From the NCBI GenBank assembly GCA_965248055.1, contig CBDFIJ010000004.1:64001-128000 (forward strand): DNA of 64,000 bases, read 5' to 3'. Shown in pieces: positions 40,764 through 51,022 of the stretch; the first letter of the stretch is position 1, and each line of letters opens with the position of its first letter. The notes under the pieces were generated by a model. That model worked only from the letters and a program-made list of their open reading frames with translations. It was not told where the DNA came from and did no database searches. Source of the stretch: Candidatus Multivoradales bacterium. Lineage in GTDB: Bacteria > Acidobacteriota > Thermoanaerobaculia > Multivoradales > JAHEKO01. Both the position numbers and the translations under genes were made by a program.

Positions 40764-41321
40764 ATGCCTGAGGCCAGAATGGAGATGATCGACCTCGCTC
40801 GACGCGATTTTGTGTTCGCCGACGTAGAGGGCAGCGAAAGGATGTCGGTGCTGCGAACCCTGTCCGCGCTGATGGTGAAAAACGGAGTCGTCCCAGAAGC
40901 CGATCGGCTTTACGAGGCGCTTTGGGAGCGAGAACTGCTGCAATCGACCGGCGTCGGAGACGGGGTTGCGATTCCGCACTGCAAGGTCCGAGGCCTAAAG
41001 AAAGTGGTGATGGCGGTTGCCACTTGCTCGCAGGAGGTCGACTTTGAGGCCCCAGACGGCCAACCGGTACGCCTGGTGTTCTTGTTGTTGTCGCCGGTCA
41101 ATGAAGCGGTGGCGCATCTGCGATCGTTGGCGGCTGTGTCCACCTGGCTGCGGGATCGTCCTCGCTTGGCCGACAAGCTGGCTGGTCTCGCAGAAGATGC
41201 GATCTTCAGCGCTTTGTTCCCCGAACCGAAACTAGAAGCAGCAACTATCGAGCCCCCTTCTTCGGAAACCCCTTCTTCAGAGACTCCAGCCTCAGAGACT
41301 CCGCCTTCAGAGACAGTGTAG
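40764..41321 (+). CDS. ptsN: PTS EIIA(Ntr)-like protein
   Basis: ERELLQSTGVGDGVAIPH. Confidence 0.85.
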   Translation: MPEARMEMIDLARRDFVFADVEGSERMSVLRTLSALMVKNGVVPEADRLYEALWERELLQSTGVGDGVAIPHCKVRGLKKVVMAVATCSQEVDFEAPDGQPVRLVFLLLSPVNEAVAHLRSLAAVSTWLRDRPRLADKLAGLAEDAIFSALFPEPKLEAATIEPPSSETPSSETPASETPPSETV

Positions 41322-41352
41322 ATGGCGGCGCGCCGCCCCTAGGACAAGTACC

Positions 41353-42300
41353 GTGGTCACCCGCCAAAGCGTTGCTGTCTCAGAACTGCTGGGAGACGAA
41401 CTATCCGAGTTGGAGTTGCAGGTTGTTTGTGCGCCAGAGGGGCTCGGTAACCGCATCGAGCATCCACGAATCCAAAAACCCGGCCTAGCACTGGCGGGGT
41501 ACTACCAGTACATCAAACCCGGGCGTCTACAGATCCTTGGGGCTAGTGAACGCGATTATGCTGAAACCCTTGCTGCCGAAGTGCTGGCTGAACGGGTGGC
41601 AGAAGTCACCCGGCGACCGATCCCCGCTTTTGTTGTTTCCAAGGGTTTGCCGACCATTGAGTTACTGGCCGAGGCCTGTGCCGAGCACAAGATCACCATC
41701 CTGTCCTCGCCCAAGTTGACTTCCCAGCTGATTCAAGAACTGGGCGACTTTCTAGAGGAACATTTGGTGCCCTCAGTGGCGGCGCACGCGGTACTGCTGG
41801 ATGTTTTCGGTCTGGGGGTGATGCTGGTGGGGGAGAGCGGTGTAGGAAAGAGCGAGTGCGCCCTGGATCTGATCACGCGGGGGCACAGCTTAGTTGCCGA
41901 TGATCGGGTCATTGTCCGACGCTATCCTCACAGTGAATTGGGAGGCAGCGGGGATCCGGCTACGCGTCACCACATGGAGTTGCGCGGCCTGGGGATTCTC
42001 AACATCCGCGACCTGTTTGGTTTGTCGGCGGTGCGCGAGCGCAAACGGATCGACTTGGTAGTGGAGTTGGTGTCTTGGAAAGAGGGTGAAGAGTACGACC
42101 GTCTCGGGCTGGAGGAAAGCACCTACGAAATCCTCGGCACGCCGATTCCCTACGTCAAGATGCCGGTCGCCTTGGGCCGCAATGTCGGCATCTTGGTTGA
42201 GATCGCTGCCCGCAACCATCGACTCAAAATGCAAGGGCATCACTCTGCGCGCGAGTTCATTCGTCAGTTGGAAAGTGGACGCAACAAGGACAGCAACTGA
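41353..42300 (+). CDS. hprK: HPr kinase/phosphorylase
   Basis: GESGVGKSECALDL, LVADD, MELRGLGI, YDRLG. Confidence 0.95.
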   Translation: MVTRQSVAVSELLGDELSELELQVVCAPEGLGNRIEHPRIQKPGLALAGYYQYIKPGRLQILGASERDYAETLAAEVLAERVAEVTRRPIPAFVVSKGLPTIELLAEACAEHKITILSSPKLTSQLIQELGDFLEEHLVPSVAAHAVLLDVFGLGVMLVGESGVGKSECALDLITRGHSLVADDRVIVRRYPHSELGGSGDPATRHHMELRGLGILNIRDLFGLSAVRERKRIDLVVELVSWKEGEEYDRLGLEESTYEILGTPIPYVKMPVALGRNVGILVEIAARNHRLKMQGHHSAREFIRQLESGRNKDSN

Positions 42301-43160
42301 TGCCAACCCCGGTTTTGGTCACCGGTCTTTCCGGTTCCGGCAAAAGTAGCGCCGCCAAGGCGTTTGAGGACCTGGGTTTTTACTGCGTCGACAATTTGCC
42401 GCTGCCGCTGCTGGCGGACTTACTGGGGGATCCCCAGGGGATTATCGGCAACCCCGAACAACCCTTGGCGGTGGTCACCGATGCCCGGACTCCAGATTTC
42501 GTGGTCGGCTTGCCGGCGTTGCTGGATCGCTTGGAGGTGTGCCCTACCTTGGTCTTTCTTGAAGCCTCAGACGAAGCGCTGGTCCGTCGTTTCTCCGAAA
42601 CTAGGCGGCGCCATCCGATGGCCTCGGATCGTCCGGTGATCGACGGCATCCACGCCGAGCGAGACATGCTGGCGGAGCTGCGCGGTCGTGCCGACATTGT
42701 TCTGGATACTGGCGAATGGACGATTCACGACCTGCGCCGACAGATTCAACGGGAATTCAAATTGGCCACCAGCGACGACGCGATGAGCGTGTCGATCATG
42801 AGTTTTGGCTTCAAGCATGGTCTGCCCTATGGCGCCGACACCGTGTTCGATGTGCGTTTCTTGCCCAATCCGCACTTCCAACCGGAGCTGCGTCCCAAGA
42901 CCGGTCGGGAGCCCGAAGTGGTGGAGTTTCTTGAGAGTCACGACTCGTACCACCAGTGGCTAGAGAAATTGTTTGAATTCGTTGAGTTCTTGCTGCCGCG
43001 CTACCAGCAGGAAGCGCGCAGTCACCTGACCCTAGCGATTGGCTGCACTGGCGGGCGTCATCGTTCGGTTGCCACCGCCGAAGCCCTGGCACAGCGCCTT
43101 GAGCAAGCCGGCTGGCGGATCCACCTGCAACATCGAGATTCGCACTCACTCGAAGGCTGA
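42300..43160 (+). CDS. rapZ: RNase adapter RapZ
   Basis: TGLSGSGKS, CVDNLP, SFGFKHG, DVRFLPNP, GCTGGRHRSV. Confidence 0.95.
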   Translation: MPTPVLVTGLSGSGKSSAAKAFEDLGFYCVDNLPLPLLADLLGDPQGIIGNPEQPLAVVTDARTPDFVVGLPALLDRLEVCPTLVFLEASDEALVRRFSETRRRHPMASDRPVIDGIHAERDMLAELRGRADIVLDTGEWTIHDLRRQIQREFKLATSDDAMSVSIMSFGFKHGLPYGADTVFDVRFLPNPHFQPELRPKTGREPEVVEFLESHDSYHQWLEKLFEFVEFLLPRYQQEARSHLTLAIGCTGGRHRSVATAEALAQRLEQAGWRIHLQHRDSHSLEG

Positions 43161-43169
43161 TCGGTAAAC

Positions 43170-43589
43170 GTGCTGCAGGCAATTGTCGTCACCCAGGGCC
43201 GTCTAGCCCATGAGCTGCTCAATAGCGCCGAGCGGATCTTGGGCCAGCCGCTGCACGCGCGCTGCGTGTGCTTGGACTGGGAAGCCTCAGCAGCCCAAGA
43301 TCGCCAGGTGTTGAAAGAGGCATTGTCCGAGTACCCAGAGTCGGATCGATTTCTGCTCTTGACCGATATCCCAGGGGGCACTCCTCATCGGGTGGCCTCG
43401 GAACTGGCCGACCAACGGGTCGCTGTCGTTGCTGGGGTTAATCTGGCGATGGTGGTGCGTCTAGGCTGCTTGCCGGAGGTTGACTCGCGGTCGATCCAAG
43501 AAATCGCCTCTTGGATCGTTGAGAAAGGGCGCAAGGCGGTGATCGCCGGAGACTATAAATCCGCCCGCAAGGGAGGCGAGTGTCGATGA
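43170..43589 (+). CDS. PTS EIIA mannose-family protein (active-site His replaced by Gln)
   Basis: LTDIPGGTP, GVNLAM; N-terminal VVTQG in place of THG. Confidence 0.8.
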   Translation: MLQAIVVTQGRLAHELLNSAERILGQPLHARCVCLDWEASAAQDRQVLKEALSEYPESDRFLLLTDIPGGTPHRVASELADQRVAVVAGVNLAMVVRLGCLPEVDSRSIQEIASWIVEKGRKAVIAGDYKSARKGGECR

Positions 43590-43861
43590 TCGAACGCAAT
43601 TTGATCATCCGCAATGAACTCGGTTTGCACGCGCGCGCTGCCGCTAAATTAGTACACACGGCATCGCGCTATTCCTGCAAAGTGTTTTTGATTGATGGCG
43701 AAGATGAGATCAACGCTAAGAGCATCTTGGGCCTGTTGGCGTTGGGCGTCGAACCCGGAAGTGAAGTCACCATGCGCTGCGATGGCGATAGCGAGTTGGA
43801 AGCGATGGGCTCCTTAGAGGAGCTTTTCGCCGAGGGCTTTGGCGAGATCGGCGAAGGATGA
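43586..43861 (+). CDS. ptsH: Phosphocarrier HPr
   Basis: GLHARAAA, NAKSILG. Confidence 0.92.
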   Translation: MIERNLIIRNELGLHARAAAKLVHTASRYSCKVFLIDGEDEINAKSILGLLALGVEPGSEVTMRCDGDSELEAMGSLEELFAEGFGEIGEG

Positions 43862-45636
43862 GCAAGTTGGCGCTTCAAGGGATCCCGGCAGCGGAAGGCG
43901 TCGCCAGCGGAACCGCTTGGTTATACCGAGCCCGAGGGGTGGACTTTGAGAGTACATCCAGCGACGCGCAAAATTTGCAGCCAGGATCGGGACCAAGCGC
44001 CGCATCGCTGGACAACGAAATGGCCCGCTTCGTCGACGCCAAGGGTGTGGTCAGCCGACAACTCGAGGAATTGACTTCTCAATTCGGCAGCGAACAACAA
44101 GACGTGGGCGAGATCTTCGGTGCGCAAGCCTTGATGCTCGAGGATCCAGGCCTGGGTGAATGTGTTTTGGAATTGGTCCAGGGTGGAGCCGGAGCCGAGG
44201 AGGCTGTGCGCCGCTGCGGCGAGCGCTTCGCCTGCCAACTGGAAAGAGCTCCGAGCTCCACCATCCGAGAGCGCGCGACCGACTGCCGCGAGGTCGCCGA
44301 TCGCATTCTGGGCGCTTTGGTGCATGAAACCACCGTCCAAGCCGAGCCCGATCTCGTCGGACGGGTGATTGTGGCCCGAGAACTACCGCCCGGTGAGGCT
44401 GTACGCATGCTGCGCGCTGGGGCAGTCGCGTTGGTCTTGGAACATGGGGGCACCACCTCGCACACCGCAATCGTCGCCCGCGCTCTGGGAGTCCCCGCAG
44501 TGGTCGGGATTCCAGATCCGCTGACCGCCATCGGCGCGGATTCCCCAATTGTGGTGGACGGTACTGAAGGCTGGGTGCGCGACACCGTCGGTTCGCAGCC
44601 AGCAATTTCTCCTGTCAGCAAGGTTGCCACAAGCGCACCCGCAGTATCCGGGCCTTGCACGACGGCGGACGGTGTGCGCATCCACTTGGCCGCCAATATC
44701 GAACTTCCTGAAGAACTAGAGCTGATGACGACGAATGGAGCCGAGGGTATTGGTCTCTACCGCAGTGAATTCCTGCTGATGGAAACCGACCCTGGCTTGC
44801 CAAGCGAGGAAAGCCAAATCGAGCGATACCAACAACTGCTGTGCAGCGCCGGTCGTTACGACGTTGTGATTCGCACCTACGATTTGGGAGGACGGAAACT
44901 GGCCCGTGAGGTGCTGGCGACCCAGGACGCTCATCCAAGTCTGGGCCTGCGCGGCATTCGCATTCTCAACCTGCGTCGCCACTTGTTCCACACCCAGGTA
45001 CGGGCTGCACTGCGAGCCTCTGCGGAGTTGACCTCGGCACAGCGCGGGCGCCTTCGATTTCTGTTACCCATGGTGTCGACGGTGGGGGAGGTCAAAGAGT
45101 TTCGCAACTTCCTGGCCGCCACTGTTGAGGAACTCGGCCTCAAGGAGACACCCGAGGTCGGCGCGATGATCGAAACTCCAGCGGCGGCGGCCACTAGTCA
45201 AGCACTGGGCGAGGCGGCGGACTTTTTGGCCATCGGCACCAACGACTTGGTCCAATATGCCACCGCAGCGGAGCGCGACAACGAGCACGTCGCCCATTTG
45301 TACCAGCCGTATCACCCGGGTGCCATGAAGTTAGTACAACTAGCCGTCGAAGGAGCGGAAAGGGCTGGGGTACAGATTTCCGTGTGCGGCGAGATCGCTT
45401 CGGAACCAAGGGGCCAAGTCGCGCTGATTGGCTTGGGCGTGCGCAGGCTGTCCATGCATCCGGCCAAGATTCCGCAGGCCAAAGGTTTGATTCAGAGCCT
45501 CAATTGCAGCAAACTGGACGCGGCTGCTAGCAACTGGTTGGGCAGCACCAGTAGCGAAGAAGTTGTGGCGATGCTGAGTCAAGAGACAGAGCGGGAAAAA
45601 GAGCAGCCGAGGGTACCTGGAGCGGGGGAGCCCTAG
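43858..45636 (+). CDS. ptsI: PTS enzyme I
   Basis: GGTTSHTAI, GIGLYRSEF, LGLRGIR, MIETPAA, IGTNDL, CGE. Confidence 0.93.
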   Translation: MSKLALQGIPAAEGVASGTAWLYRARGVDFESTSSDAQNLQPGSGPSAASLDNEMARFVDAKGVVSRQLEELTSQFGSEQQDVGEIFGAQALMLEDPGLGECVLELVQGGAGAEEAVRRCGERFACQLERAPSSTIRERATDCREVADRILGALVHETTVQAEPDLVGRVIVARELPPGEAVRMLRAGAVALVLEHGGTTSHTAIVARALGVPAVVGIPDPLTAIGADSPIVVDGTEGWVRDTVGSQPAISPVSKVATSAPAVSGPCTTADGVRIHLAANIELPEELELMTTNGAEGIGLYRSEFLLMETDPGLPSEESQIERYQQLLCSAGRYDVVIRTYDLGGRKLAREVLATQDAHPSLGLRGIRILNLRRHLFHTQVRAALRASAELTSAQRGRLRFLLPMVSTVGEVKEFRNFLAATVEELGLKETPEVGAMIETPAAAATSQALGEAADFLAIGTNDLVQYATAAERDNEHVAHLYQPYHPGAMKLVQLAVEGAERAGVQISVCGEIASEPRGQVALIGLGVRRLSMHPAKIPQAKGLIQSLNCSKLDAAASNWLGSTSSEEVVAMLSQETEREKEQPRVPGAGEP

Positions 45637-45750
45637 GTCGAAGATCTCTAGGAATCCGGTTCACTAGCGGTGCAGCCCACTCGGCATCCTAGTTAAGAAG
45701 AAACGTACCTGGGTGGCATGCACATCGGGCCCGCCGATGAGGAGTCAGTG

Positions 45751-46119
45751 ATGCAGACAGAAGTGAAAACCATCGACAAGCCCTGGGGCTACGAGTTGAT
45801 CTACGCCCAGACCGATCGTTATGTCGGCAAGATTCTTCACGTCAACGCCGGAGAGGCCCTGAGCCTGCAATACCACGAGCAAAAAGATGAAACTCTCTAT
45901 CTGCTGTCCGGTAGCTATTTGTTTGTCGTCGACGAGGGAGGGGAATTGGTCGAACGGATGATGAACCCGGGAGATGCCTATCGGATCACACCTGGAACGC
46001 GCCACCGGATGACCGCTGGCCCCGAGGGTTGCGACATCTTGGAAGTCTCGACTTCAGAGCTAGACGACGTGGTACGCCTAGAAGATCGTTATGGTCGAAC
46101 CTCTGAAGACGGATGCTAA
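45751..46119 (+). CDS. Cupin domain protein (mannose-6-phosphate isomerase-like)
   Basis: KPWGYE, LSLQYH..KDET, HRM, DDVVRLEDRYGR. Confidence 0.8.
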   Translation: MQTEVKTIDKPWGYELIYAQTDRYVGKILHVNAGEALSLQYHEQKDETLYLLSGSYLFVVDEGGELVERMMNPGDAYRITPGTRHRMTAGPEGCDILEVSTSELDDVVRLEDRYGRTSEDGC

Positions 46120-46183
46120 CTGTTATGTTCTGCCAAGGAATATCCCGCTGAGCACAGTTCAACTCAGGAAAGTGCTGCTACCG

Positions 46184-47128
46184 ATGGCACTGCCAAGAAT
46201 TGCGCGCTTCGGACTGGGTGTCTCTTTGCTAAGCGGGATAGTTGCTTGCGCACCACCCCTGCAGACCCTGAACCCGGTAACCCTACAACCGGACGCCCGG
46301 CGGACCGCTGGCTCCGACGGATTGACCGAAGCGCTGCCAATAGCGGAGTCGACAAAACCGAATCTAGCTGTGGACTCTGTAGCTACAGACCTAGCCGACC
46401 CAAGTGAGCCGGCAACCGCAGAACAGCCTGCTGTGAGTGACACCTCTATTGAAGTGGTGCCTCCGAAGACTCAAGTCATCTCTGGCGAATCCGACCAGGA
46501 AAGGCCGAGCCTGGTCGAGGTTGCTCGTCAAGAACAATTGCGCAGAGATACCAGCCCTAGTTCGCGTCTACGCATCGACGACAAGAATCTCAAGCGGCAC
46601 GCAACCGCCAATATGACCTCTGCCTTCCCGGACTCTAAAGTTGGGACTGAGTCTGGCGCTCAAGCGGCTGCGGAGATCTCGGAAAGCGATGATTCGGCAC
46701 AGCAAGAGGCGGCAGTCGAGTCCGAACGATACTGGCGTGCGCTGGTACGGGAGCTGCGTTACGACTGGCAGGATCTAGTCTTTGAAGAAGAAAACCTTGA
46801 GCAGGAGGTCGAACGCCTGCGCAAGGAATACTACCAAGAGGATGACCCCTATTATCGAGACGGTGAGATCAAGCCGGAGTGGGACGCCAGTTGGCAGTCA
46901 CTACAAGCCACCACACTGGCAATCCAAGAGGCGATCAACAAGCTAGACCGAGCGATTGAAGAAGGTCGACGCGCCGGAGCTCTGCCCGGCTGGTTGCGCG
47001 AAGGAGTCGAGTTGGAACCGATCGACTCTTCGACTGAGTCGCGGAACTACGACACCGGGAATCAATTCGGCGCCGCCGACGCAGTGGAACCGAATGAAGC
47101 GTCCGAAGCGGTGGAGATCGAGCCGTGA
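46184..47128 (+). CDS. Hypothetical lipoprotein with coiled coil
   Basis: Lipobox-like GIVAC, GRRAGALPGWLR. Confidence 0.55.
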   Translation: MALPRIARFGLGVSLLSGIVACAPPLQTLNPVTLQPDARRTAGSDGLTEALPIAESTKPNLAVDSVATDLADPSEPATAEQPAVSDTSIEVVPPKTQVISGESDQERPSLVEVARQEQLRRDTSPSSRLRIDDKNLKRHATANMTSAFPDSKVGTESGAQAAAEISESDDSAQQEAAVESERYWRALVRELRYDWQDLVFEEENLEQEVERLRKEYYQEDDPYYRDGEIKPEWDASWQSLQATTLAIQEAINKLDRAIEEGRRAGALPGWLREGVELEPIDSSTESRNYDTGNQFGAADAVEPNEASEAVEIEP

Positions 47129-48498
47129 GCGCGACCAATCGCTACTACATCGAAACCTGGGGCTGCCAGATGAACGAGTTGGACAGCCAGCGGATGCGTG
47201 GCCAACTGGAACGTCAGGGGATCCTTCCGACCGACAAGCCCGAGGATGCCGATGTCATCTTGCTCAATTCTTGCTCGGTACGCGAAAAGGCGGAGCACAA
47301 GGTCTATTCGCGACTGGGGGTTTTTCGTCAGTACAAGGACCAGCGGCCTGGGATGCGCATTGGCCTGTGCGGTTGCGTCGCTGAGCAAGAAGCTGAGCGC
47401 GCCTTGAAACGGATGCCCGACCTGGACTTCGTCCTGGGTACCGGGCGCATTGGCGAACTGACCGACGTGTTGCTGTCTGCATCCAAGGGTAGGCGCAGGG
47501 CGGTGATCGGATTTCCGGAACACTCTGACTATGACCTAGACACGATTTCCCGCGACGGGACGTTCAAGGGCATGGTCACCCTGATCGAAGGTTGCGACAA
47601 GAAGTGTACGTTTTGTGTGGTCCCCACCACCCGCGGTGGTGAACGCTGTCGATCGATGTCTCTGGTGCTGCAAGAGGTCCGTGGGTTGGTGGAGAAGGGC
47701 TTTATCGAGATCGAGCTTCTCGGTCAGACCGTCAATCACTGGCGCGACCCAGAATCCGACGCCGATTTTGCCGACATGCTGCACGCGGTGGCCGAGATCG
47801 AAGGTGTCGAGCGACTGCGCTTCGTCACCTCTTATCCGCGCGACTTCACCCGGAGAATGGTCGAGGCTTTCGCCAGTCACCCCAATATTTCACCCTACTT
47901 GCACCTCCCGGTGCAATCTGGATCGAACCAAGTCTTGCACTGGATGGGACGCGGATACACGGTTGAAGAATATCTAGATCTGGTAAGCCTGATCCGCGAA
48001 CTGCGCCCAGAGACCGCGTTGTCCACCGACATCATCGTCGGCTTTCCCGGCGAAACCGACGACGATTTTCAAAAGACTCTCGGCCTGATCGAACAATTGC
48101 GTTTCGCGTCGTTCTTCGCTTTCTGCTATTCGCCGCGGCCCCACACCGCGGCGCCTAAGCTGCCTCTCGACGAAGTGCCCGAAGCGGTGGCCAAAGAGCG
48201 CCTGCACATTCTCCTCAATGTCCAAGAGGGAATCCAAAGAGAGCTCAACCAAGCCCTGATCGGCGAACGTTTTCAGGTCTTGGTCACCGGACCGGGCCGC
48301 GATCAAGGCACCCTGGTGGGCCGTACCCCCTGCCATCGACAGATCCATTTCGAGGGTTCGATCTACCGGACCCCTCCCGGTCGTCTGGTGGATGTTGAAG
48401 TGCAACGGGCGCACCCCCACAGCTTGGGCGGCCGACCGATCGCAGTTCCACCGACCACGCAGCCCAAGCAATCTTTTGCGCAAGGGGCACGAGCGTGA
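47125..48498 (+). CDS. miaB: tRNA methylthiotransferase MiaB
   Basis: TWGCQMN, NSCSVREKAE, GCDKKCTFCVVP, HLPVQSGS, DIIVGFPGET. Confidence 0.95.
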   Translation: MSATNRYYIETWGCQMNELDSQRMRGQLERQGILPTDKPEDADVILLNSCSVREKAEHKVYSRLGVFRQYKDQRPGMRIGLCGCVAEQEAERALKRMPDLDFVLGTGRIGELTDVLLSASKGRRRAVIGFPEHSDYDLDTISRDGTFKGMVTLIEGCDKKCTFCVVPTTRGGERCRSMSLVLQEVRGLVEKGFIEIELLGQTVNHWRDPESDADFADMLHAVAEIEGVERLRFVTSYPRDFTRRMVEAFASHPNISPYLHLPVQSGSNQVLHWMGRGYTVEEYLDLVSLIRELRPETALSTDIIVGFPGETDDDFQKTLGLIEQLRFASFFAFCYSPRPHTAAPKLPLDEVPEAVAKERLHILLNVQEGIQRELNQALIGERFQVLVTGPGRDQGTLVGRTPCHRQIHFEGSIYRTPPGRLVDVEVQRAHPHSLGGRPIAVPPTTQPKQSFAQGARA

Positions 48499-48986
48499 GC
48501 GAGCGCAGTTACGTCGGCATGTCGGTCAAGGGGTTGATCGTCGATCCATCCTCCGACTCGCCGGTGGTGATATTGGAGGACGAGAAGCACGAGGTCTTCC
48601 TGCCGATTTGGATTGGCAACTACGAGGCCAGCGCCATCGCTCTGCGCATCGAAGGAATCGAGCCACCGCGACCGATGACCCATGACCTGCTGGCTCAAGT
48701 GGTTCGAGACGGGCGCATGCGGCTGCAGGAAGCCAGGGTCTCCTCGTTGCGCGACGGAACCTTCTACGCTGAGCTGGAGTTCGATTTGGATGACCAATCG
48801 TTGGTTTTGGACGCACGCCCCAGCGACGCCATCGCTCTTGCCTTGCGGATGCAGTGCCCGATCAAGGTCGCCGCGGACGTGCTCGAAGAGGCGAAAGCAG
48901 TACGTCTGGCTACCACCGACGAGGAACGGGTCAAAGAGTGGCTGGAAAATGCCAAGCCTGAAGAGTTTGGCGAGTTTGAGATGTAA
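48495..48986 (+). CDS. Bifunctional nuclease family (DUF151)
   Basis: LPIWIG, RPMTHDL, DARPSDAIALA. Confidence 0.92.
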   Translation: MSERSYVGMSVKGLIVDPSSDSPVVILEDEKHEVFLPIWIGNYEASAIALRIEGIEPPRPMTHDLLAQVVRDGRMRLQEARVSSLRDGTFYAELEFDLDDQSLVLDARPSDAIALALRMQCPIKVAADVLEEAKAVRLATTDEERVKEWLENAKPEEFGEFEM

Positions 48987-49518
48987 CCGCTGCCGCTAGC
49001 AGTGCAAATTATCAAGGTCCGATAGTGAGCATCGTGGCCAGCCGAGAAGACCAGATCCATATCGATTGTCGGCGCGCCGACAAGGGGGTCCGGGAAATGG
49101 AACGAAAACGTACGCTAAGAGCCAGTGAGAGGCTTTGTTCCGATACCCGTTAGCGGCTGCCTACGCCAAGGGAAACCGGTCCTTTGAGGGTAGCCAAAAA
49201 CCTCTGTCACCCTGTGGCCTAGAGAGCCAGCATATCCGGGTGTCCAAGTTGCTCACAAACGGGTGGCTGAAACCTATAACTTTTGGCCAGGTGTGCATCG
49301 AGCAACGGCGGCGCAGGCCGCGGACTAACCGGCCCCCTAGCTTCGGGTGGGCTTGCGCGTGTCCGACGGAGGTCATTGGAGCTCGGCTCGTCGTTTACAG
49401 TAATTTCCACACCGTTGCGGCTCAAGCCTCAAACCTAGGGGTCCGGCGGCGAGGAGGCCAGCGAGATTGCCCCCGGTCGTTCATCCAAGGTTCAGACACC
49501 GAGTGTTCTTGTTGAATC

Positions 49519-50340
49519 ATGATCGAGCGCAAGAGATTCCTACTACTTTGGATCGCAGCCATCTTGGCCTTTGGCTGGCGCTTGTCGTCACCGTGGCGGC
49601 AACAGTCCGCTGTCTTGGCGGGCGATCTGTCAGAGCTGGACCATACAATGTTCGTGACCCTGGGCGTGATGGGGCTCGGTTTCATTGCTTGTGGCCTGAT
49701 CGCTCATCATTGGGCAGGTACGAGAGCGAGCTGGCTCTTCGCCCTCTACGCCGTATTCGCGGGTCTCCACTGGGGTGGGCCGCTTGGTGTCTCTACCAAC
49801 GCCTGGATTGTGTATCTGTTCATGAGTGGCTTCCTCAGCGAGGCTTTGTTGCTTCACTTCACGCTGGTTTTTCCGCAGCCGCTGCGGCCGCACTTGCCCC
49901 GCTGGATGCCTATCTTGCTCTACGGTCCGGTTGCGGTGTCAGGTCTAGTGGCGGCGACGATCGTCGCCCTGACGCCTCATATGCCGGTTGCGCAAGCGCT
50001 GACACAGGTCTTCTTGGGTCTCCACGCGACGGTTCCCAACCTCTTCGCTGTCTTGACGATTGTCGTCGTTGGAATTCGCTTCGCGCGCGCGATACCAGCC
50101 GAACGCCGCGCAGACGGGCTGACCTTCCTCTTGCTCGGCATGGTGTTCGGAGTCGGTCCTTACCTGGGAGTTTTGACCGCCGGGGCGACGGGAGTCGAGC
50201 TTCCCGGCGGGCCCCAGCCTTACAACCTGTTCTTTATTCTGATCCCGATCGGCTTCTGCGCTGCGATCCTCCGCCACCGCGCGTCTTCTCTCCAGAAGGC
50301 CGCAACGCAAATAGGCACAGCACTGCACAGCACGTTGTAG
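49519..50340 (+). CDS. Multi-pass membrane protein
   Basis: About 8 hydrophobic segments, LLHFTLVFP, C-terminal AILRHR. Confidence 0.65.
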   Translation: MIERKRFLLLWIAAILAFGWRLSSPWRQQSAVLAGDLSELDHTMFVTLGVMGLGFIACGLIAHHWAGTRASWLFALYAVFAGLHWGGPLGVSTNAWIVYLFMSGFLSEALLLHFTLVFPQPLRPHLPRWMPILLYGPVAVSGLVAATIVALTPHMPVAQALTQVFLGLHATVPNLFAVLTIVVVGIRFARAIPAERRADGLTFLLLGMVFGVGPYLGVLTAGATGVELPGGPQPYNLFFILIPIGFCAAILRHRASSLQKAATQIGTALHSTL

Positions 50341-50359
50341 GATCTGCACGGAGCGAGGA

Positions 50360-51022
50360 ATGCGAGTGTTGGTGGTAGAGGATGAGCCCGAGTTGGCCAA
50401 ACAGCTGGCCGATCAGCTTTCCGCGGAAGGATACGCAGTGGATCTGGTTGCGGACGGAGCGGAAGCTCGGCACCTTGGGGCAACCGAGCCGTACGATGTC
50501 ATCGTCCTCGATCTCGGCCTGCCTTCGCTCGACGGCCTGTGCGTGCTGGAGAGCTGGCGGAGCGCGGGCCTCTCGACCCCTGTGCTGATCCTGACCGCTC
50601 GTGGGCGCTGGCATGAACGCGTGGCCGGCATAGACGCCGGCGCCGATGACTATCTTCCCAAGCCGTTCCGCATGGAGGAGCTCTCCGCCCGGGTCCGAGC
50701 ATTACTGCGGCGCGCCGGCGGCTCAGGCTCGGCTGAGCTGTGTTACGGAGGAGTTACTCTCGACACGCGCTCTCTCAAGGTCCGGCTCGACGGTGACCCG
50801 GTTCAGATGACATCGCACGAGCTGAGGGTCCTCCGATACCTCCTTCACAATGCTGGTCGCACCATCTCTCAAGCAGAGCTCATCGAGCACATCTATGCCC
50901 AGGATTTCGATCGGGACTCGAACACCATCGAAGTGTTCGTCGCTCGGATACGCAGAAAACTGGGAGCGGATCTGATTCGAACCGTGCGCGGTCTCGGCTA
51001 CCAGATCCCCGCCGACCGATGA
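50360..51022 (+). CDS. OmpR/PhoP-family response regulator
   Basis: LVVEDE, LDLGLP, GADDYLPKPF, IRTVRGLGY. Confidence 0.95.
   Translation: MRVLVVEDEPELAKQLADQLSAEGYAVDLVADGAEARHLGATEPYDVIVLDLGLPSLDGLCVLESWRSAGLSTPVLILTARGRWHERVAGIDAGADDYLPKPFRMEELSARVRALLRRAGGSGSAELCYGGVTLDTRSLKVRLDGDPVQMTSHELRVLRYLLHNAGRTISQAELIEHIYAQDFDRDSNTIEVFVARIRRKLGADLIRTVRGLGYQIPADR

Noticed and set aside
49204-49211. Further CTGTCACC occurrences (also 7013-7020)
   Set aside because: An 8-mer is expected a few times by chance; no associated duplication seen, and one copy is inside a CDS.
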